A stretch of DNA of 64,000 nt from Curvularia clavata (Eukaryota): NCBI GenBank assembly GCA_023920165.1, contig CP089279.1, positions 2,728,001 to 2,792,000 of the forward strand. The letters run 5' to 3'. A model generated the notes under the pieces. That model was given only the letters and a program-made list of their open reading frames with translations, ran no database searches and was not told the origin of the DNA. Every line of letters begins with the position of its first letter. The stretch's first letter is position 1. Shown one piece after another: positions 37,359 to 50,617 of the stretch. A program made the translations under genes and the position numbers.

Positions 37359-39435
37359 ATGGCCGAGATTTTTGGTCTGGTAACTGCCGCTGCCGGTTTA
37401 TTTCCGCTTTGTAGGGGTAGGTAGACCTCATTACCTGAGAGTCTGAGGCTGAAGCCTTGCAGATGGATTTCGATTGGTGAAAGATGTCATAGGAGCCTCA
37501 GATGCATTTAAAGAAGTTTCTTGGAGAGTGCAGTCTCAAATCAACGTGAGTATTTCCCGTAAAGTGGCGAAAGCCCTAATCTGATGTAAGACAGGTTTTT
37601 GAAGAATGGCGAAGTCATTGGGATCTCGATGGAAATGAATGGGGGAGATTCAAAGAGTGTTCGAAAGAGAACCAGCCCGGGGCACTGGCCATTGGTCATG
37701 AGCTTGCGTTGCTATCGTTCACTTTGTGCAATGCCAGTGAACTTCTGAGCAAATATGGATTGAAGCTGAGAGGCCGTCATCGTCAAAATCCAATGTGAGA
37801 CTACTACGCATAATTCTATCCAGCGTTAACCCTGCGGTAGAGAACCTGCTGAGATACCGAATCCCGATACGGAGAAGCTCTTAACTTCGGAGGCGTCCTT
37901 CAAGAAGTGGGTAAAAGGATGCAAGATGAATCTTTCATTCATCAAAAAATGCAAATTGTCCTAACATCCGACAACGACAGCGCCGAAACCCTCGTAGACC
38001 GCCTGAGAGAACGCAATGACGTTCTGCGTCAATTTAGCCCCCCCGCTATGCAATTGATGCAAAAACATAACATATACTACATCATCAGCAAGACCCCTTC
38101 GGAACAACAAGTAGAGGCGTTATTTATTGAGGGAAAAAGGGTGAAGAAATTGGGTCAACAATCGTTGCCATACTTTGAGATCGCACGTATTCTCGATTTC
38201 TCCAACGCAGTGAAGACCCAAAGACAGGAATCGAAGGAGCAGAAACGGTCCCGAGACCCACGAAGATTTAAACTATCAGAATTCCGTGTCAATCCAGGTT
38301 ACAAGGTCTCAGCGTCGCAGGACGCGGAAATGGGGCTTTTGGAAGATTTCCCCGTTTGAAAGCAAAGGCGAGTCGTATACATTGAGTGGATGTCGGGCGG
38401 AGAGGAGGTCGAGAGGGAAGCGAAGGCGAAGGCGAAGGCGAAGGCGCGCATGCTCTCAATTAAAATGTCGGAACAAGTGCTGCTTCCGAACTGCTATGGT
38501 ATCCTCGAGAATGGTTCACGACGCAACAAGCGGTTTGGGCTGGTTCTGGCACCACCAGACCACATTAGGCAAAATTGTAGGACCATGATGCCAGGGTCCA
38601 TCTCGCACAAACGGAAGCCAAAATCCTTGCGAACAATCTTTCAGGAGGCGGGAGACACAAAAGAGGACCTTGGAATACGGTTCAATTTGGCCAAGAAACT
38701 TGTTGGTGCTGTACACAAGATGCATTGTGCAGACTGGATCCACAAGTTGCGTATACTCTTTTGATTTTTATACATTGGACTTTTACATTCGAGTTCGGAC
38801 TCATTGCTGATTTATTCCTCTAGAAATATCAGGCCTGGGTCTATCATGATTTTCCCTACTTCTTCAGAAGTTCAGTCCAGCAAAACGTCCTCGACACCGC
38901 GACTCGACTATTCCAAGCCATTTTTGGTGGGCTTCGGCCACGCACGTATAGACGACAATGAACTAGAGGAAGAGGACACGATACGTAATCGCAATCAAAC
39001 TCGGGCGCCAGGAGAAATCGCTCTCGACGAGTATCAGCACCCGGAGAAGATTAAACAGCCATCGATCAAGTATTCACGCTTCTTCGATATTTACAGTGTA
39101 GGCTGTGTGTTGCTTGAAATTGGAATGTGGCAGCCCTTGTCTGAACTTGTGGAGATAGAAAGGCGTGGAGAACCGGTAAGAGCCAAGAAGACGAGGAAAG
39201 ACATGCGAGAAAAAGCGGATTCCTTGATTGGGTACGTCTTTCGAAGCAATTTTTGCAGATAGAACGATATATACTGACACACTACGGCAGTGTCACGGGC
39301 TCAGTATACGCAAGAGTTGTCAAGAAATGTCTTGATGCTGACCCTTATAGTCACCTGAGCGAGGAAGAAAATAAGGATGCTTGTGCGGCTCTGCTCTTGG
39401 AGCTCATTGGTGAGTTGGATAAATGTTCGGCGTAG
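37359..39435 (+). pseudogene. HeLo-like N-terminal domain + protein pseudokinase (MLKL-like architecture), disrupted
   Basis: N-terminus MAEIFGLVTAAAGLFPLC. Kinase-fold motifs WIHKNIRPGSI, LVGFGHAR, YQHPE and DIYSVGCVLLEIGMW. Probable frameshift near 37957 and in-frame TGA at 38357-38359. Five GT-AG introns. Confidence 0.7.
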
Positions 39436-42400
39436 CGTAGCCATTCAATGAAACCATGTCCATTTTCCTTATGCATATGCTCCCCGCAGAATGCTTTGCC
39501 CACCTCACTCCCTCTAAACCCCCCCTCCCCCTCCCCCTCCCTAAAATAAGGTCTCCTTCCCCTTCCTCAAAACCATCAACAAAGAATGGCGTCCGTTCAT
39601 CTGCAACGTGACCCCACTCGTCATCCCCTTATTCAAACATCAATCCACCTTTCCCTCGCCCTCTCCCAAGCGGCCCTTCTCTCCTTTTCCCGCTTCTCCA
39701 TCCCCTCCACCTCCTTATCCGTCGCACGCACCTATGTTCAACGACCTAGTACGGTGATACATCGTCCTGATCGTTGGGAACCAACTCAATTGAAGATGCG
39801 TAAGAAGATGGCCCTTACGCCAACGCAGGAGTGTATCTTAGTCACAAATATCGCGCGGACCTTCTCTTGAAGTTTCCCTTAGACTCCTCTATCAGTTGAG
39901 CAAGCTGTGGAAGAGCTGTCTGGCAGTGGATTATATGGTTCTTGAGTGTGGAGGTTTATTCAGAGGAATAGTATTATATTCAAAGTTCATCTCTCCATTG
40001 GACAATGCTAGAGTTTCCAATCCTGATACTGCAACTATTGAATAGTTTAACAAGCTAGTTCGATCGATACAAAAAGGGTACTGTATTACCACCAACCGCA
40101 AGTGCAATATGTATGAGAAGGGGGTGGTGTCAGGGCAGGCTCGGAAGAGACGCGGCATTATCCCTCATACGCCTGGTATCAATACAATAATAAAATGCAT
40201 TCTACCATTCCATCTATTCTGTTTTAGTAGAAGACTTGTAACAGTATTATCGTCTCTTTACATACTACCATTCCACATAGCTAGGCTTAGTAGAATAGTT
40301 TATTACATAACCTTAAGCAAGGAGTTGTCTATCATTAAAGGATCGAAAACGGCTGAACGCAGAGCGTGAGTACCGATATGAAAAGCACTTATGAACTAAT
40401 CGTTATTATCGAGCCCGTTTATAACATGCAGATCAACAAAGCCAGTATTCTCATTGCACAAGCCAATAGCCTGGAAGTACGCAAACATCTCGTACCCATT
40501 AATTGTAGTTGAATAAGGAGGTCGTACTTTTGTTATAGAATGGGCTTGTGGTGGCAATTACTTATATACTATGGAGGAAAGGGACTAACGTCAATCCGGG
40601 ATTGCAGGATATACGGTATATGGGACCAAGCATGTGTACTTCGACTTGAGGAGACAAGGGTCTTTCCCTGAAAGCTGATGATTACAGTACTTGTACCAGA
40701 ATAAATCTAACACCTTCCCATGATGCTCCGCACCTTATCTGAAATGAAAAATTACAATTGCAATGCTAATTTTCAACTTTCGGCGCAATGAGCCTTGTTT
40801 TTATGGTCAAACTAGTCCTTTCTACATACGCCCACGAAAAGGCATTAGACTCGCCAAATTCTGCTAAAAATCGTTCCTGACTCATATATATTGGTTGCGA
40901 TGGAATCAGGCTATTGTCACCTTATGGCTGGCGTGATTTGTCCCCCGCCGAAGTACCGAATCGCTTTATCTTCACACAACTCAACGCCATAAATGTTGTA
41001 GATGATCTTTGGAATTTCAAAAACTACTCTAAGTTCTTAGGAAGTATCGAAAGGAATTTTGAACCAAGATTCAGCCTATGTTGTGGCTCGAGTGCATGTT
41101 AAAGTTAGTGACTCCATTGAAGAGATTACCAACTTTAACATTATTCATCTCATCCCCAGCGTTGTCAAATCCACCAAAGGTAGGCGGGAGGCGTTTTGGA
41201 GTATATGAAGTGTACTTCAGCTTTCAACGTAGAAAATTACAATTGATGTTTTGGTGAAATCGCGTTACGAAGAGCAAAAGTTGCCATTGTCGGGACTTTG
41301 GTGGGAGACAAATCTCGGCAATCGCCTGCACTATGCTGCAAGGCGCTGTAAATTACTTATTTCGGTGCTGGCAAGCTCTCGCGTTCTGGTTGGCAGCCTT
41401 GTCCGTCCCTACGTGGCGAGATATCCTGCGTGCTGAGGCAAATGAGGGGTACTTTGACTTCCAGCAGCTGCAAAAGCCATACGTACAGCTAGTGTTACCA
41501 TGGATGTATGGAAATCATTCGTTGTAGCCAATTCCGAATGTCTTTGATCCAACTCTCCCCGAAAGCTACGTTTACATCGTCATCTCTGAGCCTGGTTTGT
41601 ACAGCGTCTTCTTTCGTGGCTTAACAGACCTCCCTCCCCAATTTATACTGTATTTTTCTCCTCTACCATATCTACAGGCCATCGCCCCCAGTGCAACCCT
41701 CTCGCCGGTGCAGGGTTGCCATCTTCCTTGTACATGATGGCAATGTTTGGTCTCAATAATTTATGTCACTGTATCGCCATGCTTAATGTTGCCTTCAATG
41801 CACGGCACTAAGCTAGTGCAAACTTAGAAGTGTAAAACTAGGTTTAAGTTAAAGTGCTGACTGTACCGCTCCACTTGCCACTTAGCCGAAATATCAAACG
41901 ACGACTATGTATCCGGATACTGGTCGTCAAGGACCTATGCCTGCATCTGGACGCGTGTTTACGGCTCTGCGACTTGGGGGTGAACACGAAACTGTTCAGA
42001 GCCACTACATAGGGTAGCGGGATGTTCATCGCAAAGCACCGGCGTCCTTGTATCCATCACCCACGTATCCAAATCTTCAGCCCCGTCAGCCGGCTTTGAC
42101 CTCACAATATCGATGCCACATTATGTAGTTATGACGGTGGGCGTGTTGGGGTGCTCTACTCCAAATGCATTCTCATATTGTTGAGAACCGCAACGAAGAT
42201 ACCCCGCCGCCTGCGAGAACGGCTAGTGAAGAGAACATGCATCGGAAGAGTTTCCTTGAGGAATTGACAAGCCTACAAGGAGTGTCGGAAGACGGGAGTG
42301 CCGTGGGCCGTTGCCGTTGCCTCTAAAGCAGAAGGGCTAATACGGCTAAAACTACTCTCAGAATGCTTGCACATACATCATCTATCCCCACTTGCAGGGG

Positions 42401-42439
42401 CTTTGGGGGGAAGTGGGTCTTCTGGATGATCCTCACCCA

Positions 42440-42720
42440 AAGCACCGCCGCTAGACACTAAGAGTATACTACTAAGCGCATCGTCAACAATATTACACTG
42501 TACAATCAGTCATAAGACTTCCAAGCATTGGCGCGGTCCCACTGATTCGCTGCTTTGGCTGAGTGGTGCCACCGGCAGCGGAAAAATTGTGCTATGATCG
42601 CGAAGACCCTAAGACCTCCAACTGACTTACGCTACCAATCCTGAAATCGCGATTTCATACTTTTATATTGATGGACCTGTCAATCAACTATTCAGTCTAA
42701 GGATGTCTTGAGCAGCTTCA
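42440..42720 (+). pseudogene. NACHT NTPase (fungal NLR) gene relic
   Basis: Reads WRGPTDSLLWLSGATGSGKIVL*SRRP*DLQLTYATNPEIAISYFYID, a Walker A plus the following YFY strand of fungal NACHT domains, with stops and frameshifts. Confidence 0.7.
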
Positions 42721-43013
42721 ATTACAAGCTCGTGGATTTATTACCTTGTATTCCTTACTAGTGTGCTGTTCACGCTCATATAAAACGATCAACCGTCTCA
42801 TGACCCGATGCTCCGATGCTCCGATGCTCCGATTAAAACGGCGCCAATGTATGTCGTGTATCCTTTTTGAAGCTCGTACGAGTACCGTTTACCACCTATA
42901 TATCATACTCATCCTTTTGCGCTGCGTTTTGAGTATTGAGAGCATCTTTGGGTCGGCCACTCTGACACATTGAGCGCGTCACAAACGCATAGCTCGGATC
43001 CTAACTCTTCACT

Positions 43014-44756
43014 ATGGGGAATCCACAACATTCCCACTCTTTTTCTGCCTTTTCGCAAATTAAGCATATACCAGTGCTTATTGGTTTCATCCTTGGAGCG
43101 GTAAGAATACCTCTCATCACTGCGTTTGGACCACTTGTTGACCAAAAGATAGGCTATTTTAACGTTCATCCTCACTTGCTTCTACAATGTGTTTTTCCAC
43201 CCTTTGCGCAAATGTAGGTCAAGTCTCCTGGTTCGAATGTGGCAGTCCACTAAGCCGCTCCAATAGACCCTGGCCCAAAACTTGCAGCAGCTACTGGACT
43301 CATTTTCTTTTACAAACTCCTACGTGGCGAAGAGGTGTCATGGGAAGCAGAAGTACACAAGAAATACGGTGAAATCGTGCGCCTTGGACCCGATCGATTG
43401 AGTTACGTAACACCTCAAGCTTGGAAAGATATCGCTGGCGCTGGAGCGGGCAAGCGCCTTGAGAATACCAAAGACCCATCGACGTTCGGACCGGACATAC
43501 ACGGTATGAGGTCTCTGGGCTCCCAGCCCGATACATTAATCCACAGGTCGCAGCGAAGGGTCTATGCACCGGCGTTTAGCGACAGGGCTTTGAAGCTGCA
43601 AGAGCCCTTGATTCTCGGCTATCTTAACTCACTAGTGAGGATCATCAGAAACAACGCAGACAATCCAGCTGTTGGATTCGATCTCGTTAAACTACTCAAC
43701 TGTATGACCTTTGATGTCATGGCGGATTTGGCTTTCGGAGAGCCTCTTGGTCTCCTTGATCAATCCGAGCTAACACCTTGGGTCAAGGCAATCTTTGGAA
43801 ACGTTCAAAGACTGTCAATCTCACGTCTGGCACGCGAGTATAAGGGGTTGAATTTGTTAGTCAAGACGTTCACTCCCAAAGAGTACATTGAAGGCGCGCA
43901 TTTCCACTACAACCACTCGTATGAGCGAGTAGAGAAGCGGCTGGCGCGAGGCATTGACATCGGGAAACCGGACATATGGAAGCTTGTCATGGAGAAGACC
44001 GACGACGTATCGGACTTGTCGAAGAAGCAGATGACATCCCATGCACAAACATTTATGTTGGCTGGAACAGAGACCACTGCGACATTACTAAGTGGCTTAA
44101 CGTTCCTCCTGCTAAAGCATCCACATTACATGCAGAGGCTCCAGGGCGAGATACGCGCGCTGAAAAAGGAGGAGTTGAACCTTGAAAACTTGGCCCATCT
44201 GCCTTTTCTACACGCGTGTATTCAAGAAGGTCTCAGGCTCTACCCACCCGCTCCAATTGCATTCTTCCGCATCACGCCTAAGGGAGGCAATATGATTTGT
44301 GGAGAATGGATACCAGAAGGCGTAAGTATATACTAGAAGGACGCAAACTGCATGAAAGCTAACTAAGCTTCAGACCCGCGTGGCCGTCTCTCATTATGCT
44401 GCCTACAACCACCCTTCCAACTTCAAAGACCCCGAATCCTTTATTCCAGAACGCTGGCTCCCTGGATCTGGGTACGACAGCGACCGCAAAGATGCATTTA
44501 ACCCATTTTCAGTTGGGCCGCGCAATTGTATCGGCCAGAAGTGAGTTTGTTTCTAGAATTCGAAAGCTTTCAAGAAGATAGATCGCTAACGCTCCGGTTT
44601 AGCCTGGCCAACCATGAGATGCGCGTTATTCTTGCACATCTTACATGGCACTTTGATTTCGAGTTGTGTCCAGAAAGTACGAACTGGATTGATCAGAAGG
44701 TCCACTTCCTCTGGGTCAAGGACCCACTTATCGTCAAGGCGAGATATATTAGGTAG
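43014..44756 (+). CDS. Cytochrome P450 monooxygenase, secondary-metabolism type (5 exons)
   Basis: N-terminal anchor, FFHPLRK-PGPKLAA, AGTETTAT, EGLR, FIPERW and heme motif PFSVGPRNCIGQ. Confidence 0.92.
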
Positions 44757-45309
44757 ATATGTAGAAGTGCGGTTGAATTAGAGTGCTGTCTTCACTCCTC
44801 ACCTGATCTTGACGTGCACATAAGCATGCCTTCGGCCCGTCCGACGCCACAATCTCACTTCGTCGGCTCGGCTCGGCTCGACCATCCCAGTAGATGTGTA
44901 GAAAAAGGAATACTCCGCACGAATGGTAGTAATCGATATTTCTTCGCGCGAGTAATTTGAGCGTCAGGTGGCGTGCGTCAAAGCGGGTGGCGCCTTCTAC
45001 ACATTCTCAGAGCTCCGCCGTAGTGAACATCATTAAGGTCTTATAAGCGTCCAATGCCCGCGTACATCACACCACATTAGCGTCACATTTATCGCAGGCA
45101 CAAACGATACAACTCGGGTACACTCTTGCGTACAATATTTAACACCAAACCTGGATCCGACAGTGTACTCAGGAGTGGAAACCTGCACGCCGAGCCCGAC
45201 ACGGCAGCCGGGACTACTGTAGCGACAGCTGAACTCTCTATACAATGCACCTCAAGCTAGTTTGTGGCTATTGTCCAGGCAAAGTAACGGCAAGTATGCC
45301 GTTATACAA

Positions 45310-47398
45310 TTACTGCACTATGAACGTGCCCTGCGTCTCACCTGCTTCAGACAATACATCTTTGTGTATCTGGCCCACTGCGACTCTCTCATATGCTGCT
45401 GTGCCTACGGATCGAACAAGCATAACGTTGCAAGTACACCACTCTACGTCATGGAGGGTTTTGTCGTAGAGTTCCTCATCAGGGTAAGTTCCATCCTCCA
45501 AGAGATAAGCAATGACTGGCCCGTTCGTTGCGAGGCTATTATTCGACTTCCAAGCCGACAGCGAAAGAAATCTAAAGTCTTCAGGGCTACTGCAAAGTGC
45601 ATCGTACTCGTCAAGGCCTATAAGCACGCCGCAACGCCGCTTTGCTCTATCAAAGATAAAGTATGAGTCCTCAGTAGTCTGTCTGCTTCCAAATGGGTCC
45701 ATAAGCTGTTTTGGAACTTTGACGAATTCAAGAGCGGTGCAAGGAACGCTCATGCACTCGAGTACAAGTTTTCCTGGCATACTACTATTCAGATTGTGTG
45801 TCGCGAGCGGTTTAAACAGCGAGCTCATTGGCCTATGGCCTGGGCGTACGAGGTCTGCGTATCCGACTCGCCCAATCCAGCCTGACCAGCTCCAACTGGG
45901 CTGCGGTGAGGCTATGACTCTTCGCTTGACGGTAGTCATAGGTGTCCATAGTAACGCAACATCTAAGAGGGATACTGGAAGGCCAGCGACGAATGACCAG
46001 TCAAACATGCGACCCAACTCGGTCTGTATGCCGGTGAAAGCATTGAGAATGTCGTCTGGGTATCGCATCATCTTGGCCGTATATTCTTTGATGATGTCTT
46101 CGTACCAGCAGAACTCGTCTAACGGACTATAAGTGCCATATCGGATCGCCTTTGCTTTTCGCTCTGCGCTTGTGACGCGCATTTTTTCTAATGTGTAGAA
46201 GAGAGTGTCATCGCTCACATATCTGTCTTCACACGTGAGATGCTTTTTGCAGTGGAAGTACACCTGTTCACTAAGAAAGTATATACTCCGGTTTGAGAGC
46301 AGTCGTTCTTGGAATGTCCAGGCGCGTATGTTGTAAATACATTCTACGTCGACATGATCGTAGTTGTGGTTTGTCAACATTCGCTCCAAGAACGATCGCT
46401 CGACCAGGTGCAGTCCCGGTTCTATGAAAGTTGCAGTAGTATTGCGAGCCGTGGGTGGAATGCCGGGAAGGCCAGCATCGGCAGAGTCTCCGCTTAGGGC
46501 TACGATGGTAGCCACTGCGCAACTGTAGATCGAACACATCTGGGCGAGGGCGTTTGCTTTGTTCGCAGCGTCGTTTTGGATGATACACTATTTGACATGA
46601 GTTCAGGGCTGTTGACAACAAGCTGTGGTGAAGCCGACTGACCATTGTGTCTATCCACAAGTATCGTTCACCTAGACTCTTGACAAAATTCATAGAGTCC
46701 CTGATTGTCTGGGTCAATTGCTGCGTTGATACGCTTCCAGGTTTGCGCAACTGGTCGTAATTCTCTACTAGAGTCAAGAACTGCTTCGAATCACCCCAGA
46801 CGTAACTCAAAGCAAAGTATCGATAGCTAAAGTTTCCGACAACCAGACAATCATCCACGACATCTAAGAGAAGAAGCGATTCTGTCTCGGGAACAGACTG
46901 TCGATGTTCGCTGCATTTACTACCGTGATTGTTTTCGCAATCGTAGAGCCAACTCTTGATCATGTCTACATCTGCCCAATGATGCCTCACCGTTCGACTG
47001 TATTCAGATTTTTCGGGACGAAAACCGCGCAATGAGGCATCGTATTCCTTCAGATTGAGATGGTCGTCATGGAGGAAAACACTCGATATGAAGCCATCAA
47101 ACTCCCCCGTAAAATTCTCTGAAATCGGGGGTGCATCTTGTGGTCTTCCTTGTCTTCTCTGGAACTCTCTGTTCCGAAGAATATGCCTGCAGCAATCGCA
47201 ATAGAAGATAGGTTCGGGGAGAGTTTCGCCATCTCCATATTCTCTAAAGCCGTCGTTCAACCAGGTTGGAGTGCCAATGCGGGCGAGGCCCGCAAGCTTG
47301 CCATCGTCAAATGCTTTCTGACAGGGCACACATAGATCCCCCCCATCAACACCGTTATGCAAATGCCGAAGAGCTGTGCGTGCATATGGGTTGACCAT
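45310..47398 (-). CDS. Heterokaryon-incompatibility (HET) domain protein (2 exons)
   Basis: YFALSYVWG, RYLWIDTM|CIIQND, IYSCAVATIVA, RAWTFQERLLS and PSWSWSGW. Intron ~46589-46642. Confidence 0.9.
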
Positions 47399-47987
47399 GA
47401 TTTGACGTTGCGCAATGAGATTGAAGAGCTGAGATCAAGCCGCTTGGATAGGGTGATATGCTCGGCTGAGTAACGTGCGGGGTAGATGTGCTGCCGCCTA
47501 TATAAAGTCGGGTGCAGTGATGTGTTCGCCTAGCGCTTCACCCTGTAACGGGCTGGTGCCCTTGGGTCTTACTCTTCGATGAGATCTCGAGTCTCGCAGA
47601 ATCCAGGTGCTCTAAGCAGTATTAGATCGGGCCCAACGGCTGCTGTAGCAGAATTTCAATCGAATTTTGGATGCCTAGTATAGTTTTAGAGTCTTAACTC
47701 GTTAAATTCAGTAGAGCAGATCTTTAACAATGCAGGTGGTGTTGCATTGACTAAAAAGTTGCACGCACTGACCACCTACCGTATGGATGGAAGACACGGC
47801 AAGTTTGTTATCTAGTATATGCAAGGCTAGTCTAGTGTACATGTATCGAGCAGCCGCGAACCGCACATGTAGATAGAGAGATAGATAGCCATGTTACCAA
47901 AAGGGTAGTTATATAAGCCCTTGCAGAGGTAACTTTTTTTTTCCTGTAGTCGTAATTGCCGAGCATACTGCGTACGTACCTTCCAGG

Positions 47988-50194
47988 ATGCCCCTCCGCA
48001 GCACCACCATCACCACCATCGTTCTCAGCCTCCTCGCCTACTCTGCGCAAGCTGCAGTGATTGAAAGGAGAAATGAATACAAATTCCTTCAGAACAACAC
48101 CTTTAGCGATACCCTGTTTTCGCTCGGCGAGGTATCGTATCTGGCGAATACTAAACATCCCAAGGCGAGTGTGGGGTGTACGAGTACGCGCACGGGTGTC
48201 AGTGGGGGAAAGGGAGATGTATCCTGGGTCCCTGTGACGGTGATCAAAACGAACGAGACGCTTGTTACGAGAGACACTTTACAAGCTGTAGTCGCAGCAT
48301 ATACGTCCAGCGACGACGTGTACAGCCAGGATTTTCTGGCGGCAGTGTATGTTTCGTCTCGTACAACCTCTCGCTTGGATGCTTCGGCGATGGAGTATCT
48401 GCTCGCGGAGGTGAAGAGTAGCTGGCTTCTTCTCGATGCCTCGGTCACTGCGGATGCGCATGCCGACAAAGCTGTGATGTTGAAGTCGCATGTTGATGTC
48501 CCGGCTGGACCATATCTCGCGTCTATCAGTGGGACAGAGGTAAGGTTTGCGAGTGTGTACCGGCTGTACGAAGATATGCAAAAGACTTTTCTGTTTGGAG
48601 CGTACGATGCAAATGATGGAGAAGAGAATCACAACCCCCTCGGGGTATTCCTGCCTAAATACTGGGACCCAATGATACCGTCTGTCCTCCTGTTGTCTAC
48701 ATTACTCTGATGTCCAACGAACTCTACTGAAACTCTCCAGTGTTCCCTCTCGAATCTACGCATGGGAAGATACCCGGCCCCTTGCTGGCGCACGCGTAGC
48801 CATTAAAGACCTGTACGATGTCAAGGGGCTGCAAACCTCTGCAGGGAGTCGCGCTTGGGCACGCATAACGCCCATAGCCAACGGCACTGCGCCTTCGGTG
48901 CAGCGGATTCTCGATCTCGGGGGCGTGGTGGTGGGAAAGCAGAAACTGGCGCAGTTTGCATCTGGAGCGAATCCATGGGAGTGGGAAGACGAGCAGTATC
49001 CGTTCAATCCCAGAGGAGACGGATGGCTTACTTGTTCGGCTTCGTCGTCTGGAGGCGGCTGCGCAGTTGCGGCGTATGACTGGCTTGACTATGCGATTGG
49101 GAGTGATACGGGTTCCTCGATGAGACGGCCGGCAGCTGTAGCTGGTGTATATGGGTACGTTTTGTTCTTCTATTACATTTTTCAATGCCTTGCTCGCTCG
49201 ACATGGTCACCCCAACTAAGACGCGAATAGTCAACGTCCTAGCCAGGGTCTCATGTCCCTAGAGCGCGTGGTTCCTCTTGGTGCAGCAACAGACACCGCA
49301 GGCGTCTTCTCCCGCGATCCGTACAAATGGATCAAGTTTGCTAAAGCGTGGTACTCTCCGCATCTCTACCAAGACCCATCAATCACCGGCCTCTCTCCCC
49401 TTGTCGTCCCCGACAGCAACGCATTCCCCAAGACAATCTTGTATCCTACCGACTACCTCCCCCTCAACAATTCTGCCGCGGAGCCAATACTGCAAGAGTT
49501 CATCACAAACATGGCGAGAATCTTCAACATGACGGTGCAAAAAGTCAATTTCACCGCGACGGTCCAGAATGCGACTGACGCGGTTGCCAGCAACTTTACA
49601 GTCATGAACGCAGCCACTGGCGTAATCAACACATGGACAGCATGGGAAGTCGTGGGCAAGCCGCTCATCACGGCGTGGAAGTCTCTGTTTGACGGCCGTT
49701 TCCCGCCAATTGATCCTGCGCGGCGGCCTGGGTGGATCGCCTTTAACGAGTCTGAGACCAACCAAGCTGCATACGACGCTGCTCTGGATACCAAGAACAA
49801 GGCCGTGGAATGGTATGAGCGCGAGTTCCAGTACAGTACGCCTGAATCGTGCTCCGAGTCGGTCATGCTCTACGACATCGGTACCGGGGGGCTGCCTTCG
49901 TTCCGCGAGCGATTGCTCAACGAATCTCCCGATGCATCGTACTTGGCTGTGAGGCCCAAGGGCGCTGCAATTACTGGGGCTAACATTTGCCCAATATATG
50001 GGTGCGCCGACTTTACTGTGCCGATCGGCCAGGTGCCGTACCAGAGTAATGTGACGTTTCACGAGGAAATGGTGCCTGTTACGATCAACATGGTGGTGAA
50101 GCGGGGCTGTGATTTTGTACTGTACAATATGATTGAGAAGCTGGCGGACGAGGGAGTGCTGCAGACGGTCAAGACAGGCAGGACGGCGTTTTAG
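47988..50194 (+). CDS. Secreted amidase-signature family protein (3 exons)
   Basis: Signal peptide, [20 protein letters not shown] and [14 protein letters not shown] (Lys-Ser-Ser triad). Many N-x-S/T sites. Confidence 0.88.
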
Positions 50195-50617
50195 AATATC
50201 ACTGGGGAGACCAAAAGGACAAAGAAGAGAAGAGCAGACTAAACTTGAGCAAGGCAAGTTGCTTGTCTTGGCAAGGCAGTGCGTGCCGAAGATGCTATAT
50301 TGCTTTTCAGAGCGTTTAGTGGACAAACAGGAGCGCACCAATAGCTGCGAGGAGTATCGCTTGGCGATGCCGAAAGCGCTTGTGCGAGCCTGACGTGGCC
50401 CAGCGACTCTTTGATACAAGAGGAGAAGCCAATGCATCATTCTAGCTGACGAATAGCTACCACAACGCCATGTGTAGAAAGCAGACAAGATTGTGACAGA
50501 TGTCTATAGTAAAAACCCCCCCCGAAGCTTTTTTGAAGATGCCGTGTTGATGCAGTATTAAGACGAATGAAGACCAAGGAAGAGAAAGAGAAGGAAGCAA
50601 CAGGCCGCCGGTTGTGT

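Noticed and set aside
42805..42833. (CCGATGCT) repeated about 3.5 times
   Set aside because: A short simple repeat with no spacers. Not CRISPR-like and no evident function.
43014..50194. P450 + amidase as a secondary-metabolite cluster
   Set aside because: No PKS, NRPS, terpene synthase, transporter or regulator nearby, and a HET gene lies between them.
49379..50488. 369-aa minus-strand ORF
   Set aside because: Antisense shadow of the amidase exon, explained by codon bias.
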